Source: an uncultured Bacilli bacterium (GTDB lineage Bacteria > Bacillota_I > Bacilli_A > RF39 > UBA660). Taken from it: 38,750 nucleotides of DNA. The notes below the pieces were generated by a model. That model searched no databases, had not been told where the DNA came from, and worked only from the letters and a program-made list of their open reading frames with translations. The stretch is from assembly GCA_947631135.1 (NCBI GenBank), contig CANRKE010000002.1:1-38750 (forward strand). The letters are read 5' to 3'. Made by a program: the position numbers and the translations under genes. Within the stretch, counting starts at the first letter, position 1, and every line of letters begins with the position of its first letter. Below are positions 1-9,061 of this stretch, piece after piece.

Positions 1-2302
<2,302 letters not shown>

Positions 2303-2311
2303 TTAAATTAA

Positions 2312-2339
2312 AGCAATGCTTCTAATTAGAGGCATTGCT
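2312..2339 (+). terminator. Stem-loop after dnaK (weak terminator or processing-site candidate)
   Basis: AGCAATGCTTC-TAATTA-GAGGCATTGCT forms about 11 bp including one G-U pair. There is no clear U-run, so it is probably leaky. Confidence 0.35.
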
Positions 2340-2368
2340 GCAATTTGTATAAATAGAAAGGTAGCACT

Positions 2369-4171
2369 ATGGAAAATTATAAATCAAGATTGAATGTTCC
2401 TGATAAATATAAATGGGATTTAAACGATTTTTATAAAAACATTGAAGAATGGGAAGATGAAAGAAAATATTTAAATTCTGAAATGAAAAAACTAGAAGAA
2501 TATAAGGGTAAAATAAACGATCCAAAATTAATGGAAGAATATTTGGATTTATATAATAATATAAAATGTAGATTATTAAATTTATATGCATATGCATATT
2601 TAAATCATGATGTTGATTTAAATAATAGTAAATATATGAAAATATTACAATCAGTAACTAGTATGTATACAGATTTTAATATTGCAATTGCATTTTTTAA
2701 TCCTGAATTATTAGATATTAGTGAAGAAGATTTTAATAATCTATTTATAAAAAATAAAAATCTAATAAAATATAAAAATATGTTAGAAAAAATATATGAA
2801 AAAAAGAAATATACTCTATCTCAAGAAAAGGAACAACTAATTAGTATGTTATCTGAAACTTATGATAGTTATGAAAATATATCAACATCATTATTAAATA
2901 GTGAAAATGATTATGGAAGAATTACTACAAGCGATGGGGATAATGTAGAAATATTGCTTAGTAATCTTAGAAAATTAAAACATGATAAAAGCGATAAAAT
3001 AAGAATGAAAGTAGATAGAAAATTTTATAAAGTAATAGAAAGATATCAAAATACTTATGCTTCATTATTAAATAATTTTGTTAAAAATAATGTTGTTTTA
3101 GCTAAAGTACATAATTATGATTCTGTTTGGGATATGTATTTAAAAGATGCAAAATTAACTAATAAAATTTTTAAATCATTACAAAGTGCTTGTGATAAAA
3201 AAATAGATGTAAATAAAAAGTATTTTTATTTAATGAAAAAAGTTTTAAATTTAAATATTTTACATTCATATGATACATCTTTAGATTGGAATGAATCATC
3301 TTTTGAATATACAATAGAAGAAGCAAATAATATTGTTATTAATTCACTATCTATGTTAGGTAGGGAATATACTGATAAACTTAAAAAAATATTTGATAAT
3401 CATTATATAGATTATTGTGGATATAAAGGTAAAACAAATGGAGGATATAGTTATTCTACATATGATAAGCCATCAAGAATATTGATGAACTTTAGAAATA
3501 CATTTGATGATATACTAACTATCGCACATGAAGCAGGACATAATGTTCATCATCAATTTGTAAATGAAGATAATTATCCATGGTATAGAAGTCAAGCAAT
3601 AATAATATGTGAAGTTGCTTCACTTACTAATGAATTTTTATTAACTAATTATTTTATTAATAATAGTAAATCTAAAAAAGAAAAATTATTAGGACTTGAA
3701 AATATAATTAAGACTTATCAAGCAAACTTTTTTGGAGCTATTATGGAAGGACAATTAGAAGTTAAAATGTATGACCTCGTTGAAAATGGTTCAAGTATTA
3801 CCTCAGATTTTTTAAATAATGAAATAAGTAAATTGTTAAAAAAATTTGAAGGTGATAGTGTTAAAAGAAATAAATACTCAAAGTATATTTGGGCAATTCG
3901 TAAACATTATTATATGGTTTATTATTTACTTAGTTATGCAATAAGTGTATCTGTTGCTTCTAATCTTGCTAAAAGAATAATAAATAAAGAAGAAGGTATT
4001 TTAGATAAATATTATAAATTCTTGAAATGTGGAAGTGATATGGATCCTATTAATGTATTTAAAATTTTAGATGTTGATATAGAAGATGAAGATGTATTTA
4101 TAAAAGGAATTGAATATTTTGATGAACAACTTAATCTATATGAAAAAATTTATAATGATAAGGAGGTATAA
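2369..4171 (+). CDS. M3B family oligoendopeptidase (PepF-like)
   Basis: 600 aa with the zinc motif [11 protein letters not shown] (HExxH). Size and layout are typical of oligoendopeptidase F. The stop lies 2 nt before the dnaJ start. Confidence 0.8.
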   Translation: MENYKSRLNVPDKYKWDLNDFYKNIEEWEDERKYLNSEMKKLEEYKGKINDPKLMEEYLDLYNNIKCRLLNLYAYAYLNHDVDLNNSKYMKILQSVTSMYTDFNIAIAFFNPELLDISEEDFNNLFIKNKNLIKYKNMLEKIYEKKKYTLSQEKEQLISMLSETYDSYENISTSLLNSENDYGRITTSDGDNVEILLSNLRKLKHDKSDKIRMKVDRKFYKVIERYQNTYASLLNNFVKNNVVLAKVHNYDSVWDMYLKDAKLTNKIFKSLQSACDKKIDVNKKYFYLMKKVLNLNILHSYDTSLDWNESSFEYTIEEANNIVINSLSMLGREYTDKLKKIFDNHYIDYCGYKGKTNGGYSYSTYDKPSRILMNFRNTFDDILTIAHEAGHNVHHQFVNEDNYPWYRSQAIIICEVASLTNEFLLTNYFINNSKSKKEKLLGLENIIKTYQANFFGAIMEGQLEVKMYDLVENGSSITSDFLNNEISKLLKKFEGDSVKRNKYSKYIWAIRKHYYMVYYLLSYAISVSVASNLAKRIINKEEGILDKYYKFLKCGSDMDPINVFKILDVDIEDEDVFIKGIEYFDEQLNLYEKIYNDKEV

Positions 4172-4173
4172 CG

Positions 4174-5307
4174 ATGAACAAAAGGGATTATTACGAAGTA
4201 TTAGGTGTTGATAAAAATGCTAGCGATAAAGATATTAAAAGTGCTTTTAGACGTCTTGCAAAACAATACCACCCAGATGTAAATAAAGATCCTGGAGCAG
4301 AAGATAAATTTAAAGAGATTCAAGAAGCATATGCAGTGTTATCAGATGAAAATAGAAGAAAACAATATGATCAGTTTGGTCATGCAGCATTCCAAGGTGG
4401 TCCTAGTGCATCTGGTGGATTCTCTGGATTTGATTTTAGTGATTTTGATTTTTCTGATATATTCTCAGATTTGTTTGGTGGAAGTAGTTTTGGATTCAAC
4501 TTTGGTGGTGGAGGATTTACTGGTAGATCTTCTGGAAAAGTACGTGGACGTGATAAAGTAATAAGTATGAATTTGACATTTGAAGAAGCAGTATTTGGGT
4601 GTTCAAAAGATATACAACTAGATATAATGGATACTTGTGATGACTGTGATGGCTTAGGTGGACATGGTGAAGAGAAGTGCGATGAATGTAATGGTCGTGG
4701 TACTATTGAACAACAACAAAGAAGTATATTAGGTACATATATAACACGTAGTACTTGTCCTAAATGTGGAGGTACAGGTAAAACTTATAAGACGACCTGC
4801 TCTACTTGTCATGGAAAAGGTAAAATACGCAAAAACAAAGAAATTACTGTTAAAGTTCCTGCCGGTGTTGATACTGGTAATCAATTAAGATTAGCATCTA
4901 AAGGTGAAGCTGGTTCTAATGGTGGACCTAATGGAGATTTATATATAGAATTTAATGTTAAATCTCATCCAATTTATGAACGTGAAGATGATAATATATA
5001 TCTAACTTTACCACTTAATATTGTTGATGCAACATTAGGATGTAAAAAAGAAGTACCAACATTATATGGAAATATCAACTTAGTTATTCCTGCTGGTAGT
5101 CAAAGTGGTGATAAACATAGATTACGTGGTAAAGGTGTTGAAAATGTCAGCACTAAAAGAAAAGGTGATATGTATATAATACTTGATGTTAATATTCCTG
5201 AAAAATTATCTAGAGATCAAAAGAAATTATTTGAACAACTTAAGAAAACTGAACTTTCTACTCCTAAAATCAAAAAGTATAACGAATTTTTAGATAAAAA
5301 TAGATAA
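4174..5307 (+). CDS. dnaJ: Co-chaperone DnaJ (Hsp40)
   Basis: J-domain (YYEVLGV...QYHPDVNKD), a Gly/Phe-rich region and four CxxCxG zinc-finger repeats (CDDCDG, CDECNG, CPKCGG, CSTCHG). Confidence 0.97.
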   Translation: MNKRDYYEVLGVDKNASDKDIKSAFRRLAKQYHPDVNKDPGAEDKFKEIQEAYAVLSDENRRKQYDQFGHAAFQGGPSASGGFSGFDFSDFDFSDIFSDLFGGSSFGFNFGGGGFTGRSSGKVRGRDKVISMNLTFEEAVFGCSKDIQLDIMDTCDDCDGLGGHGEEKCDECNGRGTIEQQQRSILGTYITRSTCPKCGGTGKTYKTTCSTCHGKGKIRKNKEITVKVPAGVDTGNQLRLASKGEAGSNGGPNGDLYIEFNVKSHPIYEREDDNIYLTLPLNIVDATLGCKKEVPTLYGNINLVIPAGSQSGDKHRLRGKGVENVSTKRKGDMYIILDVNIPEKLSRDQKKLFEQLKKTELSTPKIKKYNEFLDKNR

Positions 5308-5341
5308 ATTATAAAAAGTGTATTGAATAATTAAAAAAAAT

Positions 5342-5480
5342 TTGATAATATTGAATTGTAATAGAAAAAGGTAGGTCCTCCTCGTATTGAACATGTACAA
5401 ACATATGTTCGATATGGGGAGGGTCAATATTATTCTTATAAGGCCAATTCACTTACCTTAGATATGTAAGTGAATTTTTT
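5342..5480 (+). promoter_or_regulatory. Conserved structured 5' leader, copy A (riboswitch/attenuator-like)
   Basis: The block recurs at 7023..7159 and 23377..23518. It contains a TTGATA box at 5342..5347 and AAGGTAGGT at 5368..5376. A helix pairs 5374..5383 (GGTCCTCCTC) with 5416..5425 (GGGGAGGGTC). An inner hairpin lies at 5389..5410 and a terminator at 5446..5480. Confidence 0.6.
5446..5480 (+). terminator. Intrinsic terminator closing leader copy A
   Basis: AATTCACTTAC-CTTAGATAT-GTAAGTGAATT is an 11-bp perfect stem followed by a T-run. It ends 44 nt before the ATG at 5524. Confidence 0.7.
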
Positions 5481-5523
5481 GATTAAATAATTATTAATAA
5501 TAAATAATAGGAGAGTGATTGTT

Positions 5524-6981
5524 ATGGAAGACCAATCTAATAAGAAAATAGGTATAATGATAGGTGCGATAATATTAGTGTCAATATTAATTGTTGGAAT
5601 AACTTATGCATATTTATCAGCTAATAAAAAAGCAAATGATCGAACAGTAAAGGCAGGAACATTATTAATAGAGTACGAAGATGATAATGTAAATTCAGTA
5701 AAACTAGAAAATATAGTACCAATAGATGACAGTGATATGATGACTAATGCAAATAAAATAGCATTTAAAGTAAATAATAAAGGTACAGCTTTAGCTTATG
5801 TTGATATTAGTATAACAAACATAAGTTTACCAGATGCGCTTAAAAGTACAGAATTTAAATGGGCTTTATATTCAAATAATGAAAAAGTGAATTCAGGTAA
5901 TTTTTCAAATGTTGAAGATGAGGGAATGTCACTTGTAAAAAATCAGGAGATAGCATCAAAAGCAAGTAAAAATTATGAATTATATATTTGGATAACTGAA
6001 ACAGATCTAGATCAATCAAGTATGATGGAAAAAACATTTTCAGGTAAAATAACAATAAATGGACACCAATATAAAGTAGAACAAAAAGAATTATTATCTG
6101 ATATAATAAAAAATAATAATTCACCAATAGATACAAAAGAACCAGATTTTACAACAACAGCAGAAACAAATGAAGGTTTAATTGAAGGTGAAGATTCAGA
6201 TGGAAAAACATATTATTTTAGAGGTAATGTTAATAATAATTATGTAAAAATAGAAGGATTAAAATGGACAGATGATGATGGAAATTATCACAGAAAAGAT
6301 GAAGACATGTTATTTAGGATAGTTAGAATCAATGGAGATAATTCTATCAGAATAATAGCAAATGGTTCTATTGGAACATGTAAATTCAATGAAAATATGG
6401 ATATGGAACAATATGTAGGATATACATTTAATAATAATAAAGTGTGTACAAAGGATGCAAAATGTGATGGAACAGAGGGAACACCATCAAAAATAAAAAC
6501 TTACTTAGATGATTGGTATAAAAATAACATTGAAGAAAAATATGATTCACTATTTACAACATCAAGATATTGTAATGACACATCGGGTACAACAAATTCA
6601 TATGGAGCAAAAGATAGATTGGAAACAAAAAATACACCAACATTTATATGTCCAGATACAGAAAAAATGTATGGTGGAGAATATAATTTAAAAATTGGTT
6701 TATTGTCAGCAGATGAAGCAGTGTTTGCTGGTGGAAAATATAATACTATAAATCAAAACTATTATTTGGTGGGAAGTAGTAACATGAGATGGTTCCTTTC
6801 ACCTAATCGCTTTGATGGTAGTGCATTTGCATTTGAATTATACTTTAATAATCTTATTAATAGTGATTATGTTCATAATGAATATGCTTCAGTTCCAGTC
6901 TTAAATTTACGTTCTGATACATCATTTACAGAAGGAAATGGAGAAAAAAACACACCATATTTGGTACGAGTTAAAAATTAG
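5524..6981 (+). CDS. Secreted or surface protein, paralog A: SipW/TasA-like signal and N-domain plus conserved C-terminal module
   Basis: RBS AGGAGAG lies 8 nt before the ATG at 5524 (the listed GTG at 5515 overlaps the RBS). The N-terminal anchor KIGIMIGAIILVSILIVGITYAYLSA resembles SipW-cognate signals (TasA ...GGGTWAAFND). It is followed by AGTLLIEYEDD..V.L.NI, as in the first strands of TasA. The C-terminal part carries YYFRG, RINGD, RYCNDTS, LLSADE, FAGG, W.LSP and VPVLNLR. Confidence 0.85.
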   Translation: MEDQSNKKIGIMIGAIILVSILIVGITYAYLSANKKANDRTVKAGTLLIEYEDDNVNSVKLENIVPIDDSDMMTNANKIAFKVNNKGTALAYVDISITNISLPDALKSTEFKWALYSNNEKVNSGNFSNVEDEGMSLVKNQEIASKASKNYELYIWITETDLDQSSMMEKTFSGKITINGHQYKVEQKELLSDIIKNNNSPIDTKEPDFTTTAETNEGLIEGEDSDGKTYYFRGNVNNNYVKIEGLKWTDDDGNYHRKDEDMLFRIVRINGDNSIRIIANGSIGTCKFNENMDMEQYVGYTFNNNKVCTKDAKCDGTEGTPSKIKTYLDDWYKNNIEEKYDSLFTTSRYCNDTSGTTNSYGAKDRLETKNTPTFICPDTEKMYGGEYNLKIGLLSADEAVFAGGKYNTINQNYYLVGSSNMRWFLSPNRFDGSAFAFELYFNNLINSDYVHNEYASVPVLNLRSDTSFTEGNGEKNTPYLVRVKN

Positions 6982-7022
6982 CAAAATATTTTGTCCAAAT
7001 ATATTGCACTTTCTCCAAAATT

Positions 7023-7159
7023 TTGATAGTATTGAATTGTAATAAAAAGGTAGGTCCTCTCCATAAAAGAACATGTACAAACATATGTTCGTGTTGGGGG
7101 GGGTCACTATTATTCTTATAAGGCCAATTCACTTACCTTGAATAGGTAGGTGATTTTTT
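7023..7159 (+). promoter_or_regulatory. Conserved structured 5' leader, copy B
   Basis: Near-identical to copy A. A helix pairs 7053..7062 (GGTCCTCTCC) with 7096..7105 (GGGGGGGGTC). An inner hairpin lies at 7069..7090, AAGGTAGGT at 7047..7055 and a terminator at 7129..7159. Confidence 0.6.
7129..7159 (+). terminator. Intrinsic terminator closing leader copy B
   Basis: TCACTTACC-TTGAATA-GGTAGGTGA forms 9 bp including one G-U pair, followed by TTTTTT. Confidence 0.65.
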
Positions 7160-7219
7160 GTATTGTTAAAATAATCAATGATATTTATTAAATAAAAAAA
7201 GTAGGAGAGTGAAAAAAAG

Positions 7220-8854
7220 ATGGAAAAGGAAAATAATAAGAAAAAAATAGGAATATTAATAAGTGCGATAATATTAGTATTAGTTCTAATAGTTGGAATA
7301 ACATATGCATATCTATCATCACATCTAAATACTGATAATCGTGATTTGCAAGCAGGAACATTACTAATAGAATATGAAGATGATAATGCAAATACAGTAA
7401 GATTAGATAATATACAATCAATATATGATAAAGATATAAAAGAAAAAGCTAGTAAGATAAGTTTTAAAGTAAACAATACAGGAACAGCTAAAGCTTATGT
7501 TGATATTAATATAACAGATATTAGTTTACCTCCTGAACTGGCAGATTTAGAATTTAAGTGGACATTATATTCAGGTGAAGAAAAAATAAATAATGGAAAC
7601 TTTAGAAATGTATTAGATAATAAAATATTACTTATAAATAATCAAGAAATTGCTAGTAAAGGAAATAAAATTTATGAATTATATATATGGATAAGTGAGA
7701 CAGGAAAAGACCAATCAGATATGATGAATAAAACTTTTTCTGGAAAAATAACAGTAGTAGGGCATCAAAAAAAACAATCAGAATTATTATCTAAAGTAAT
7801 TAAAAACAATAATCCATTACAAATAAATGATCCAAATTTTAACAAGGTTGCTGTTGCACAAGATTATTATGATATATTAACTGAAAGTACAAATCCTAAA
7901 CAATCTGAAGCAACTGTAGAAAACGGATTGTATGCAGGTGAAGATGCTGATGGAGAAACATATTATTTTAGAGGTAATGTAGAAGATAATTATTTAAAGA
8001 TTGAAGGTTTAAAATGGCCTAGTGATTCAAAACCAGCATATCTATTATCAAAAGCTAATATTATCTTTTTTTCAATTGGAAGTGTAGAAACAAATTGTGA
8101 TAATAACTATTCTACTTATGGTTATATATCAAATGAAGAATGTAAAGCAGATATAATGGAAGTAGGAGCACAGCCAGGTGAAGATATGTTATTTAGAATA
8201 ACGAGAATTAATGGAGATGGAACAATCAGAATAATAGCAGATGGTTCTGTCGCAAATTATCCATTTAATCAAAACCATAATTTAGAAAAATACGTAGGAT
8301 ATACATATGACAACAGTAAACCAAACATTCAAAATGGGAATCCTTCAAATATTAAAAGATATTTGGATAATTGGTATAAAAAAAACATGACTGATTATGA
8401 TAAAATACTAGCAAGTACAAGATATTGTAATGATACATCAGTATACAATATAAATGGAAATTCTATATATTATGGTGCATATAATAGAATAAGAAAAACA
8501 ATAACTCCGACATATATATGTCCTAATACAAATAAAACTTATGGTGGAGAATATGATTTAAAGATAGGACTATTATCAGCAGATGAAATTGTATTTGCTG
8601 GTGGAAATTACGGATTATCTAACAAAAGTTATTATTTATATGGAAGTATTGCATATAAATGGCTTATGTCACCATATTATTACAGTGGTAGTAATACTTC
8701 TGAATTTGGCACTCATATAGGAGGTAACATAGATTATAATTATAATTACAATAATGAAGCTGTTGTACCTGTCCTAAACATACGTGCAGATACACCTTTT
8801 ACAGAAGGTAATGGAACTAAAGATAATCCCTATTTGGTACGAACTGAAAATTAG
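7220..8854 (+). CDS. Secreted or surface protein, paralog B (same family as 5524..6981)
   Basis: RBS AGGAGAG lies about 10 nt before the ATG. It has the same signal (KIGILISAIILVLVLIVGITYAYLSS), N-domain and C-terminal motifs as paralog A. It also carries an extra Cys-containing insert of about 50 aa that is shared with paralog C. Confidence 0.9.
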   Translation: MEKENNKKKIGILISAIILVLVLIVGITYAYLSSHLNTDNRDLQAGTLLIEYEDDNANTVRLDNIQSIYDKDIKEKASKISFKVNNTGTAKAYVDINITDISLPPELADLEFKWTLYSGEEKINNGNFRNVLDNKILLINNQEIASKGNKIYELYIWISETGKDQSDMMNKTFSGKITVVGHQKKQSELLSKVIKNNNPLQINDPNFNKVAVAQDYYDILTESTNPKQSEATVENGLYAGEDADGETYYFRGNVEDNYLKIEGLKWPSDSKPAYLLSKANIIFFSIGSVETNCDNNYSTYGYISNEECKADIMEVGAQPGEDMLFRITRINGDGTIRIIADGSVANYPFNQNHNLEKYVGYTYDNSKPNIQNGNPSNIKRYLDNWYKKNMTDYDKILASTRYCNDTSVYNINGNSIYYGAYNRIRKTITPTYICPNTNKTYGGEYDLKIGLLSADEIVFAGGNYGLSNKSYYLYGSIAYKWLMSPYYYSGSNTSEFGTHIGGNIDYNYNYNNEAVVPVLNIRADTPFTEGNGTKDNPYLVRTEN

Positions 8855-8876
8855 AAAAAAATTTATAAAAAAATAT

Positions 8877-8950
8877 ACACAAACATATGTTCGGTATGGG
8901 GGGGGTCATACTTAAAAGACCTTAAGTACTTATCTTAAAAATTTGATAAT
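8877..8950 (+). repeat. Truncated fourth copy of the leader (3' half only)
   Basis: ACACAAACATATGTTCGGTATGGGGGGGGTCATA...AAGACCTTA matches the 3' half of copies A-C. The 5' GGTAGGTCCTCTCC strand is missing and no paralog gene follows. Confidence 0.7.
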
Positions 8951-8993
8951 TTTAATAATAACGTGTAAACTATTTTTACAATATTATAATTAT

Positions 8994-9022
8994 TTGACTT
9001 ATAATAAAGTGGATAGTATAAT
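8994..9022 (+). promoter_or_regulatory. Sigma-A-type promoter for the U32 peptidase gene
   Basis: TTGACT (8994..8999), a 17-nt spacer, then TATAAT (9017..9022), about 40 nt upstream of the ATG at 9062. Confidence 0.65.
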
Positions 9023-9061
9023 ATATTTATACAACACTTTTTTAATTTTGGAGGAATTTTT

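Noticed and set aside
5342-5364. Conserved TTGATA.TAT...ATTGTAATA block at the 5' end of each leader as a standard sigma-A promoter.
   Set aside because: TTGATA is a fine -35, but the only -10-like hexamer (TAATAG/TAATAA) is 11 nt away instead of 16-18. I therefore could not define the TSS. The block is kept only as part of the leader annotation. It may be a factor-binding site, an alternative-sigma promoter, or part of the RNA.
6922-7107. 61-aa minus-strand ORFs (6922..7107 and 23277..23462) with a conserved N-terminus MTPP..NICL.MFFYGEDLPF.
   Set aside because: They are the reverse-complement reading of the conserved leader element. Copy A has a 1-nt indel (CGTATT versus CATAAAA) that shifts this frame and has ATT/TTG instead of ATG/GTG, so no equivalent ORF exists there. 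There is no RBS, and conservation stops where the leader stops. The conservation is best explained at the RNA/DNA level.
7129-7476. Minus-strand ORFs 7129..7476 and 7188..7421 overlapping the start of paralog B.
   Set aside because: They are antisense to a well-supported CDS and to its leader. Their composition is low-complexity and hydrophobic, as is typical of AT-rich antisense frames, and no RBS is present.
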